From the NCBI GenBank assembly GCA_026023565.1, contig JAPETS010000032.1, positions 248,001-312,000 on the forward strand: 64,000 nucleotides of DNA, given 5' to 3'. Both the position numbers and the translations under genes were made by a program. Below are positions 49,377-61,245 of this stretch, one piece after another. Numbering within the stretch: the stretch's first letter is position 1; every line of letters begins with the position of its first letter. The stretch comes from Cirrosporium novae-zelandiae. Its lineage: Eukaryota. Below the pieces are notes generated by a model. It had not been told where the DNA came from. It worked only from the letters and a program-made list of their open reading frames with translations, and did not search any database.

Positions 49377-50704
49377 CGGAAGAGTGAGCCGAATGTATCA
49401 TTCACCTTCATGACCCTTAACCTTTTTTTTTTTTTTTTTCATATTGTTCATCTGTTGTTCATCATTCGTTCTTCTTTCCAGATTTCCATCTTTTGTGTGA
49501 CCATTCTTCCTTCAATGATGATGCTGCTTTTACCAGGATGAATATCAATTAACTCATCTCTTGGCGAGTGAATTAATTATCGACAAGGTCAGGGTTAATG
49601 GGTTCTGAATTAGAAAAGAATTTCCTATCATGTCAATACAGTAGTATTCGTATTAAATGGTCTTTCATAATTTTCATAATAGATTATTACCTGCTTGACA
49701 AGACCAAGGCATGTCTTGTGTCGTAGGACGATGTAATGGATTAGAAAGAGAGAGAGAGAGAAAGGTTGATTTGACGATAATTGCCACCTCAGGGAATATT
49801 CAGAGCGGCAATGGAATCCTCCCAAGATTGTCGATAATAAAACTGAATTTGATGGATTTGCTGGTTTGTCATTGAAGTCAAGAGTCTCAGCCCATAATGA
49901 CAAGCGTCATTGGCCCTTGGCCCTGTTTCTTAACTTCTTCTTCCTTGGCTGCAGCGAATGAACCAACCCCATTTCGTCGCCTAAATTTCCTTCTTCTTCC
50001 ACCTCTTCCACCTTTTCTCACTTCTCCTCCATCCTTTTCACCTTCCCCCCTTGTCCTCGCACTCTGTGCTCCAGACCCCAAATCGAACCTTGAGTAAACC
50101 CTTAGAAACCTTGAAACTTTGATGCTCATACCCTTGAAAGCTTCATTCACCATCCACGGAAATCTCTCTAAAATACGGGCCAATCTTCATCCTATTCGCC
50201 CTTGATCTACTTGGCCTGGATGCTGACGTTGATCAACATAATCCAACAAACCACCCAGGTAACCTACCATGCCTACGTTCCTTCTCCCCCTCAAGAAGTC
50301 CCATCTGGCTCCCCCAGTTGTCACTTGTCTTCAATCCCTGGCTGCCTCCATCAAACTGATACTAAGCTATTCCATGTACCCTGCTTCCCATGCAGATGAG
50401 CAGTCATATCCTGCCCTGCGGTTACCTGCAGTTGGGTTAGCATTTGTCTTGAGGCTATTAAACACTATCACTTGGAAGCTCCAGTCCATCGACTTGGTAG
50501 ACCCGGACCATTCTTGCTTTATCTCTGTTCCATTCCTGCTTTTGCATTATTGCCCCGTAGCTAAGTCCTACTTGACAGTCTGACTTGGTTCAAGCAACTC
50601 TAATCTATACAGCACGCTTCGCACCCGCCACAACAACATGATCCCCAATCGGAAAAGAAATCATGCTGAGTAGCGTTTGCATTAACCACCTTTGCTCTGG
50701 CGGT

Positions 50705-50745
50705 TCATGCTAGGTCATGCTAGGTCATGCTAGGTCATGCTAGGT
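50705..50745. repeat. (TCATGCTAGG)4 tandem repeat
   Basis: Directly visible. It is followed by a degenerate (ATGACTYGAA)3 near 50778-50805. Confidence 0.9.
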
Positions 50746-51194
50746 AATATCGTACAGGACTTCGCGTGATTCAAGCATGACTCGAAATGACTTGAAATGA
50801 CTCGACCAAGCTGCTTGAAGAAACACTCGGTCGGGAACGTTGCCAAGATTATTCTGTAAATTGAAATGTGCAGAGCATGCATCAGCCATGCGCCAATGTA
50901 TGCTACCGCATTCTCCTATCGTGGGAAGGTGGGTAGACCCGGCATATTAACTCCCTACTAGTTTTCTTCAGACCAGAACAAGGTCCACCCGATCGGGCGG
51001 GTGCTTGACTGGGCAGGGTCCTCTTTATACCCTCGTGTTATTACGATCATCAAATGTCGACAATTATCAAAGGTGCAAAGTAGGATTTGACCATCGGTGG
51101 GAACACTGATGCTTTTGCTTCTGACACGACGGATGCGGATTCCCATATTGGGAGGTCCCTGAGGATCCGCCTAATCCATGCTTTCCATTCCCTT

Positions 51195-54100
51195 TCATTC
51201 CTTTTCAAGAACCGCCAAGACGGTATTAAGTTCCTGCCTGACGAGTTGGGATCGCTCTTGCGTCTGCGCATCCTTCACGTCCCGACCCCAAGTCTTCAAT
51301 AAGCGGAAACCACATTTGTGTGACAGTCGAGCTAACCCTAGCAATGCCTTTGTCCGAGTGAGGCGTACGTCTTCCGGGAGATCGCTCGGTCCGATTATCA
51401 AGATACCCCATAATCTCGATAGAAGCTCTTCCGAGAATTGTTGCGGAGACGTTAGACTTATTTGACATTGAGATGACTGGTCGATAAGTTTATTGAACAA
51501 TGCCACCATACCCTCGTAAAGTCCTAATTTAGCATTCCACTTCGTATGTGTCAAGGCACCAGATGTAATCTCTTGGATTTGGCTAAGTTGCGCCTCCAAT
51601 TCTTGATGTAGAGATTTGGTGTTAGTTAGGGCTTCCTAGATCGGTTCGGCTAAGAATTTGGAACCACTTACCTGCCTGAGAACATGCCAATGGATTAATG
51701 GATCGATAAAGTGTATTCAGTGCGTTCGTCATCGACGTTTCGGAACTATATCCAGATAAAAGTTCGATTAGTTAAAGTCTAAGGTGCCACCCCAGGCATA
51801 AGCTGAAGGACCAGCGAACGGACCTTGCTTTGTTTGATGGATCGTTCCGGGGGGAATCAATGTCCATTGCCGTAATGTCATCGTCGCACAATTCCTTGAT
51901 AATAGGCTTCACAACGTCAATGACCTCCTGACCGAGGTTTAGGTCAATGCGAGCTTCTGCAAAGTCTCCCAGACAAGTCAACGCATTTACCCGGTAATCG
52001 GCATTCCGACGCCTAATTTCAATGAAGATAAGGGTCTAGATTCAACGGGTGATCAGCATGGTGGCATAGTAATCGCTGCCCCTTTGATGATCCGTGGGGA
52101 GAACAAGTGGTCCAAGTGGCATGCGCTCAGATGGTTCCCGAAGCTCCAAAACCCCATTTTTGTCGTGGAGATGGGGCTAGCTGGGATGTGCTTGGATGGT
52201 GGGAAATAACTTACCTTCATTCGCTCAGCTACCAACGGCTTGCTGCGCCAATACCCTTTTGCAGCAGCCACAAATTTCACAAATGATTGCAATACGATTT
52301 CTTTGCCTTCCCATGATTTTCCCTGGACGGTTTTTTCAAGATAGGGCCAAATCTCTTCAGCCATCGCATCGTTCATATGATTTGCTGTTGACTGGACAAC
52401 GTCCGCAATCGCGAGAGCACACGCGTGCTTAATTACCCAGCGGGTGGAATCCAGGTGTTCTGATGCAAGTTGAAGGATTTCCTGCATATACAGCGATACA
52501 GTACGGGAGCCACCTACGTTGTCGTTCCAAGTTTTCTGGAACAGCTCCTTGACTGGTTCGTGGCCGTCACGCTTGGCAACAAAAACGAAAGGGAGGGAGA
52601 TCTCCTCCATAGCTTTGAATCTATCGGGCGAGAACTTGGATATCGAATAAATCAGCTCGCCTGCTACAATCCTGTGAGCTTCATCCTCAGAATTAAAGTA
52701 CTGTTGTTTTGCAAACTCGATGAGTTTAATGACTTGCTCTTTTGTCGCGAGACGAGTCAAGTAGCCTGCCGCTGCCGCATTGGAGGCGCTAACCGTAGCG
52801 TTGCGATCTAGCATGAGTTTCTCCAACAGTCGAAGGAAGCTATCCGCATATGGTTGAAGGAGAAAACCCTTTCGCGTGCTTAGAGACACGAGAACTCTAC
52901 TGCAGCCGACCTTTTTGCAGATTGATTAGTTGGAATTCACTATTGTTAATGTATTTACTTCGTAGTAAACCACTGTCACCATGTGAGCCTCCAACAAAAA
53001 ATCGTTGGAGGACTGCGTCCCAAAGATACGGGTTTTCTGCATGCTAGCTCGCTGACTGTGGCTCACCGGTATAATAGTGTAGGACGGGCATTTCTCACCT
53101 TTGATGGCAAATCTACTCCAGCTCTCATCACATGCTCTAGCGAATGGCTCAATGATTTCATAGACAGCTCATCAAGCATATCCAAACATCTTTCGATTGC
53201 CTCCATCATAGGAGATCCACGAACACTATTCATCCTCTTTTCATCAATTTCATTTCCAGTCAATCCATACTTGTCAGCATTCAAGCGTATGTAGTTAACC
53301 GCTGGTGACTCAAGTCCGCTCAGTAAACCAAGCAACTTTCCCACAATATCGGGAATAAACGGTCGTAATGAACGCGGGCTTCCTTTCTTGATGATTTTAA
53401 GAAGGGTAGTGATGGCAAAACCTTGGACTTCGGGTGCGTTGGCTTCAAGACTTGCTGGGCTAAGAAGAAATGGAATAACATGCTGCAGCATAGTCTCCGA
53501 GCGCTTAGATGAAGTTTCGCCTGCCTCGAGACTGCGCACGACGGTAGCAGTTAGAGTCTTCACAAGACCCATGGCCGCAAGTCGAACCGTCTCTTTGATA
53601 TCATCTAATACCTTGAAGCTTGCAGTCCATACGCGGTCAATATATTGCTCATATTTTTCCAGGGGCCTTCCAGAGACCAGGTCTGCTATTGCCGCACAAC
53701 TTGCCTGTCGTACCCTCCATTCCTTCCCCAGAATTGTCTTCAGAAGGTCTTCCATAATAGAATCGAAGTATTCATCAATAGTAGCCGAAGGATCCTTGAC
53801 CAAAGCAGACCAAATATCGTTCATTGAGCGTTGCACATTGGGATTGGGATCAAACCGATAACGAAATAATTTCGGGTATAGCTTAGTATTGCGGGACATA
53901 TATCCATCGATACTGGAGTCCGCTAGTATATTGCTGAGACCGAATCGTCCAAAGGCAGCACGGCTAGACCAAATGGCATTATTTGATGCCAATGACATGA
54001 AACGGTACACCAGACTTGGGTCTCCAACTTCGGAAGCGAGACTCATGATGTCTTTGTATGTTGTAACGGAGCCATCACCAGTAGGTAGTGCACCCGGTTC

Positions 54101-57100
54101 GAACAGCTGCGTCTCCTTGGAAACAGTACCACTCAGATTGCTTCCGGATCCAGTAAATGCTCCAACGAGGTCGCGTATGAGATCTTCTTTCATCGATTTG
54201 TCCTCCATCCGTTGGTACACAAGGGTGAGACCTCTCGATCCAGTTTCTTGCACTAGATCATCTCTTGCACTTAAAAGACCCATGAAGGCAGCTTGGCATT
54301 CTCTTAATTTACTCTGCACAGAGTCAAGGTGACCACAAAATTGTACCAGACACAGCAGCCAGATCCCTGATGCCTTCTTCAACCCGGGTTTTGTTGTCCT
54401 GCAATCTTTAAGAATCTTTTTGAGCAGTTCCTGGAGGACCGTGCTTGGCGGCATGGATTTTTGAATGGATCCTTCAACATCGAATGCTGCTATCAAAGAT
54501 TTCGATTCCCATCCAGCAGCCGCAACAGATAATGCTTCGCCAACCGCGAAATGTATTTCAGATGACTTGATTGTATAGAGATCACAAAGCTTATCAATGA
54601 TTTTAGTACTTACATCAGTGCTTTCGTGATAAAAGTTTGTTGCAAAGTGGCCCAAAGCAAGAATGGCCTTCTCGTGAGCTTTTTGTGCCATGCCACCGAG
54701 TCTGTCAATTACTTCGGTGGCGAAAGCCAGGTTTTCTTTAGCAAGAACACCTGAGAGACTCAGCTGACTAATAGCCATGCAAGAGGCTGTGGCCAGAGTA
54801 TCGTCCTCAGATTTGACCAAAACATTATGAAGAAGTGTGATGATGGGCTGCACAGAACTATCGGATATTCTGTGAAGCTGTTGCCGATAACTCAGCCTAC
54901 TTAGTAAAAATGAAACAGCTAATATTGCGCCATGGACTTGATTGATATTAGCACCGACAGCTTCTTCCCATTTGTCGATCTTCATTCTGTATTCCTCAAT
55001 ATATGCAAGTTGTTGGTCCACAGTGCAGGTTTCAGATGAAGCTAGCAGGCCAAAGGCGCGTGTTGCGTTTTCCCTCACTGAAATATCGTTTGAGTAAATG
55101 GCTTCCTTCAAACCGACTGCTCTGGATGATAGTTGATTAACAATATCATTGGAGCAAAATGAACAAATCTCAACAAATATTTGTGGACATCTTCCCAGTC
55201 CCTTTCCGTGGCTCCAAATAAGACCACTCAAGGAAGCCCCGAGGAATCTTAACAAGATAGAGGGGTCCATATGTAGAAGCTTGTTCCGTATAATCTGACG
55301 ACTATCCTCATCGGTATCAACCACACCATCTAATTTCTTCTCCCAATCCACGTCCACTGTTAGTGCTGCTGATGTGTCTGCCAAGGCTTGCCAGAAGAGG
55401 ACATTTCGACAGTACTCTATGGCATGAGAAAAAGAAGTGGCCGTAGAGTTGTTGATGGTCAATAAAGCTGAATCGTCAACACATCGGCCAGCAAAATGAG
55501 AAATCGTCTCTGTGAGTAATTCTCCAAATCTTGGAAATTCATACTGTTCATCATCGATCGGCATTTTCTCACTTGGTGGATTTAACATTCGAAACCAGTA
55601 TGGGTTTAGACCTTTAAATCCTTCTTCGACAAGTTCGTGTCGCTGGGTTTGCGATGCACCAGTAGCAATCAAATCAATCTTCCGACCAACAACATCGCTA
55701 TATGGGAGACTTCTGTTAGCAAACCGAACGGATGCATATTGTGTGCTCCTGATAGCTGTATGCCCTATGGATCCAATTTCTTGTCCTGGTTCGATTGTCA
55801 TTTGGTGACTCAGAATAGCTTTCAGGTTATTCCTAATCTCGTTTGAGGTGGCTCTAGAAAAACGATTGAGAATACTTCCAAGAGCTTGATCGATGCTAAC
55901 AGCAATTTCGCTCCCAGATCCGTCAAAGGCTAATGAGTTGAAGAGCCATCGAAGGAGTTGAAGATTTGGTTCAAGCAGAACCTGGTCACAAGACTTGGCA
56001 AGAAGCCCAATCATAACATAAGCTTGTCCTCTCAGGTCCAAGTCAGATACAGATAATCGCTGGGTTGAAGTAGGCCAGCCTTGAAGTTCGATATAGTCTC
56101 TAAGTTTCTCTATCAAATCAGGGGCAATTCTAGATAATTCGGCTGCAGGACCCATCCGAGCAGCCCAGTTGATGAAATTCATCAACTGGCCATGGAGCTT
56201 GGATGCCTCCAATCCACGCTTTCTAACAGACCCTTCAGAATCGGGTTCGGCGATACCCCACCCACCGAACCCCTGCTCAATCACCTTCTGTATCTCTGCT
56301 GTATGTTTTGTTGCTCTGATTGATTTTGATAGAGTTGCCAGAACTTTCATTTTTAGTCGAGAGGAAGCCGGAAGGCATCCGTTTTCCTCAGTTCCTAAAT
56401 ACACTTTGTATAGCTCTTGGATTAGCTTCTCCTTCTCCAAATCTGGAGTGAACCTCTTCAATGCACCATCTGCAATATCAGAAAGTCGTGAATTTACGTC
56501 AGCTGAAGCAAAGAGCAAAGGTAGGAATCGCTCGTCATCCAAAAAGGCACCACTTGACAGGAATCTTGCTATGGCTGCCTTCACGTCTGTAATTGTGAGG
56601 CCCCATTCTGGAGCAGACTTCCATATATTTGGCTTATCCGGAGGATCAAGGAAATCGTACTCTGCAGGGGATACACCAGGGAAAGTTATAGAACTGGGAG
56701 AGATTGTGGACTCTCTCAATGACCGAGGGAGTAAGATAGCCTTTCCAAACCAAAACACAAGGAATGCAGCATCACTAGTGTCCTCCAACAGACCTAACTT
56801 TTCACGAAGAATCTCATCCTCAGGGCTTCCCCGCTCAGGGAAGGAAAGAAGTGGCAATACTCGTAATATCAGATTGAATATGGCCGATGCTTCAGCAGCC
56901 TGTGAAATGCCTCCTAATAGAGTTGGCAGTAACGACGTACGTTCCTATCAAACAAGTCAGTCTTCACATAACAGAATAAATTAGCGATTCACCTGCCTCT
57001 GCGGGTAGTCGTTCTAGGCCTAACTGAATGTAGTGCAAGTCAAAATGACGAACTAAGGGTTTGGTGGTGTTCTTGCACTGCTCTAAAAGCTTTGATACTG

Positions 57101-57578
57101 GAAGTTTGATGGAACTGGTTTGATTAGCATTTGTATATTAGCATATTGTATCCAGGAATGGTATCTTAGGTCTGAATACACCATGCTTAAAGCAGTCGAA
57201 ACGAAAGGGAAACATGATGAGAGTGAAAAGGCATACGCTGGCTTTACTCGAGTGTTGATGTGCTGACAGACTGAGATGACCTGCGAAGGATAAGAAAATG
57301 GGAGTCAGCAATTAATTTCCGAAATGCCAACTCAGAGCATAGCTTCAAAGGGAAGCGACATCAAGGATAGATGCGTCTCTGGCAGATGCAATGCCCTGAC
57401 GTACCTTGTTTCTCACGGCAACATGCTCAGATGCAAGTTTCAACAGTAATGGAGCAAGATAAGTGCCCAAGAGAGATTCCAATCTCTTGTCCGAGTCTGC
57501 GAGAGCAATTCGGAGCTCTACCTTGCCAATTAATTCAAGCTCTCTCGCCTCTAGAGCTTCATCTCCTATGGATGACAT
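51195..57578 (-). CDS. ECM29: Proteasome adaptor Ecm29 (HEAT repeats), multi-exon
   Basis: ELELIGKVELRIALAD...YLAPLLLKLAS N-terminus, LVYRFMSLASNNAIWSSRAAFGRFG, LYPKLFRYRFDPNPNVQRSM, WRVRQASC and GKSWEGKE. Confidence 0.95.
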
Positions 57579-57960
57579 ATTGAGGTATTCTTCACTGTCC
57601 AATAAAAATCATTTGATTGCAGACTCAGTAACAGACAGGTTTTTGGGGTCTTGAGGAACTATCTTCAGCTTTAAATATTTTTTATCTTTTCTAGGCAAGT
57701 AATGATGGCGTAAGTAACTACGATGACAGGACCAGGCTTAAGATGTCCATTTACGGTTAGTGCCCTCGGGTTCTCCCACAAGGTTAACGAACATAACGGA
57801 CTAAAAAATCCGGAAGCTTGAATATTTAATTACACGTTCCGGATCTCTCTTGGTCACCGAAGTTCATTGTAGCCCTATCATTACTATCATTGGCATTCGC
57901 ATTCTAATATTTTACTTGATTTCTACAAATTAGGTCTACTAGGTCTACAGTTTCAAAGCC

Positions 57961-58800
57961 ATGAGTCCTGACCGTCGCATTACCGTGCTTATTTCGGTGT
58001 GTGCAATTATCTCCATGCCCCGCTATACCCCGCCTTCTATGAATATATCAATATAATCATGGAACATTGCTAACTCTGTACAGGGAAACGGAAGTAATCT
58101 TCAAGCTCTCATCGACAAGGCGGGAACACCGGATCTTCCTTCAATTACTATTGTAAAGGTCATCTCAAATAGGGTTAAAGCCTACGGAAGGGAACGGGCG
58201 CGCAATGCTGGTATTAGTGAAGAATACCATAATTTGGTGAAATACAAAAAGGATTTATATCCTGGAGACGAAAAGGCTGCCCGAGAACACTACGATGCTG
58301 ACTTGGCACAAATGGTCATTCGTGACAAACCAGACTTAGTTGTCTGCGCAGGTTGGATGCATATTTTGGCGCCAACGTTTCTTTTGCCTCTGGAACAAGC
58401 ACAGGTAATTTGCTTCCGCATATAAATTATTTGTTCTATCGTTGGACTAATATTTTACAAGATACCCGTCATAAATCTTCACCCGGCTCTACCTGGCAAG
58501 GTAAGTCCTATCGCCATTATTTATTCCATCGGATAAACCATCAACATTTTCTAGTTTAATGGATCGCACGCAATACATAGAGCCTACGAAGCTTTCCAGA
58601 AAGGAGAAATCCAAGAAACGGGCATTATGGTTCATTATGTGATTAAGGAGGTGGATGAGGGAACGCCTATCAAGGTCGAAAAGATATCCATGATCAAAGA
58701 TGAACCTGAAGAAAATTTAGAGAACAGAATACACCAAGCGGAATGGAAATTGATCGTCGAGGGTACAAGGATGGCACTCGATAGGCTGCAAAAGCAATAA
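57961..58800 (+). CDS. ADE8: Phosphoribosylglycinamide formyltransferase (GAR transformylase), 4 exons
   Basis: RITVLISGNGSNLQALID, VISNR, PDLVVCAGWMHIL, INLHPALPG and TGIMVHYVIKEVDEG. Confidence 0.95.
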
Positions 58801-58891
58801 ATGCAACAGTCCACAGCGTTCCAGCAGTTTCATATTTTAGCCAGCTATGCATAACCGGAGTTTGCATTCTAGGGTCGATCACTCTTGGACT

Positions 58892-60449
58892 TTAAGAGAA
58901 TATCAACATGTCGGAGCCGACTGGGATATCATCCTCCATCGGTTGAACACCATCCTTCTGCATTTTAGCAGCGACTGAATCAACGTCTCTCCAGACACGC
59001 AAGATATTACCCCCGATCACCTTAGCTGCGTCTTTATCACTGATCCCCCTGTGGAGCATTTCCGCAACCAGATCGGGAAATTTGCTCACGTCATCTAAGC
59101 CCTCAGGGGTCTCAAAAATGCCATCGAAATCACTACCGATACCCACATAATCGTATCCGATCAAATCTCCGATATATTTTACATGCGATACGACATGCTG
59201 CAGAGTAGAGTTTTGTGGATAAAAATCAGGGACGCCACTGCTGGAGTTAGAGGCAACACAAGATACAAAACCTGGGTTAAAGTTAATCATGACGACGGAA
59301 TTTGTTTTGCGGACAAGTTTTAGTACGTCATCAGGAACGTTTCGAGGGTGAGGGCATATCGTGAATGCAGAGCTGTGACTAAACATGGCTGGGGCAATAC
59401 TCCCATGCCACTTCTCTGGTCGACCGCCGAGAACGTCAAGCATAGTATCCTTGCTTACATGAGAAAGGTCTACAAGCATCCCCAGACGGTTCATCTCCTT
59501 GACCAGGAGTTCTCCCATTTCACTCACACCTCCCCAATGTGGAGGTGCTGTAATAACACTGTCATCAGGTGTTTCGATAAGAGCAGCATCTGCAAAAGCA
59601 TTATGGCAATTATGTGTCAACGTGGCATAACGGACACCTAGCGAGTAGAATAGTCGGAGGTTTGCCACCGAGTTTCCAATTTGATGAAGTCCTTCAATGG
59701 CCAGCGGTGAGATCAATTGGTCTTGGTCAGTAAAGGCAAGAAGTGCAGAAGTTCCGTTGAGATGAGGATCTGAGAAAACTGAGGGATAGGCACTACGAAG
59801 TCGGTGCAAGAGATCAATCTGGGAAAGGGTGGTCTTAACGGCTTGATAACATTAGTAGTAATCCATTATTATGCATGCAAAGGATGCCAACCTTCAACAT
59901 AGTTGTCATCCGAGAAATCAGTGCCATTTTTAGGGCAAGCGACCCATGCGCTCCAAAATGTACCTCCAACCTTACCATGCCTAAGGCGAGGCAGATCTAC
60001 GTGGCCCAAAAGACCACCATTCTCAAAGGGTCCAGTAAAATTCTTATCATATATATGATTCCCATGTAAAAAGCGAATTAAGATGGCGAGATCATTATGA
60101 CCATCTAGAGATGAAATTAACAGATTAGAAGAAGGTTCGCATGGAATGTTTAATACGGGACAGAGACGTAGAGAGAATGACCTATTAAAGGTGTATTTGT
60201 AAGGATCTTATCAACTCGCTCAGCAATAGATAATTCAGAATCAGGACGGCTGTCATGTGAGATTGGATTGCACCAAAAGTAAAAGAGGAAGAGGATTCCA
60301 AGCAGAGGTGTAATGAAGATGATCAGGTGCGAAAATGATAATTTTGATGCTCTAGACGAAGGAGTCATCTGGAGGTGTTTTTGGTCCTCATGATGTAGGG
60401 AGGTCTTCTCATGACTGTTAGATAGAAGTGGATCAGATTCAGAGGACAT
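58892..60449 (-). CDS. Membrane dipeptidase (peptidase M19), 3 exons
   Basis: N-terminal TM helix, PLIDGHNDL, GHVDLPRL, IEGLHQ, TLTHNCHN, VDLSHVS, FSHSSA, HPRNVPD and GIGSDFDG. Confidence 0.94.
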
Positions 60450-61245
60450 GATAGATAGCAACTTATTGAAAATATTTTTATCTCAAAGAAGACATAAAAG
60501 TAAAGAATCAATTCCAAAATAATGAAAATTACAAGTTTAGATCTTATCTATGGATGGATAATTAGTAATTAATAAGGGTAGTTTATCTATTATGAGCGGG
60601 AAGTTTTGCTGCCTGACAATTTACAAGGGGGATACTTAACTGACAATACACAATACACAATACCCAATGCACAATACGACAATACCATTAATACAAATCC
60701 GTACAAGGGTTACGAATACGAATACATAGTTGCATGAAGTGCCCCTGAGGTCTACCGAATAATGCAAACGCGGATTCTAAGCTTCCCTGTGCCAGCAATG
60801 TCCAGGTCCAAAGAATTACTATTCCTGACATCCCATCAATTATAAACATCTGGCTTTGAAAGCTTCCAGTAACATATTTGTTCCCCTGTCACTCCTGCTC
60901 TTTTCACCTCGCTTCCGACCAAGCCTTTCTTTCCGCATCTTCTAGAAAATTGCCCTCTTTACGACTGTACGACCTCCAAGACCGCTAATTTTGTACCCTG
61001 TTTGCAAATCTGCTGGGATATCCAGACATCACCTTGGACCCTCAAGTCGCCTTCCTCCTTAACCCTCCTGAATCCTTCTACACGAATCTGTCCCAAAATA
61101 TATACTTGCCTAGTACCCACAACGCTATTCTCTCTTCGTACTGTGGTTTCTGGTAAACCAGTTGCTACATTGAGACTAGTTTTTGAACCACAACCTAGTT
61201 TTATATCCCTTCTACTCTGATCCTCAATCTCCAACATCATCAATC

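Noticed and set aside
49628..50583. Several 65-104 aa ORFs between the TF and ECM29
   Set aside because: Low-complexity, overlapping on both strands, and no convincing splice model or domain.
56169..56984. 271-aa plus-strand ORF (and similar ORFs at 53388 and 53889)
   Set aside because: Antisense shadows of ECM29 with no independent motif.
58892..60449. GliJ-like dipeptidase as a sign of an ETP toxin cluster
   Set aside because: No NRPS, thioredoxin reductase or GST nearby. It has a TM anchor and housekeeping neighbours.
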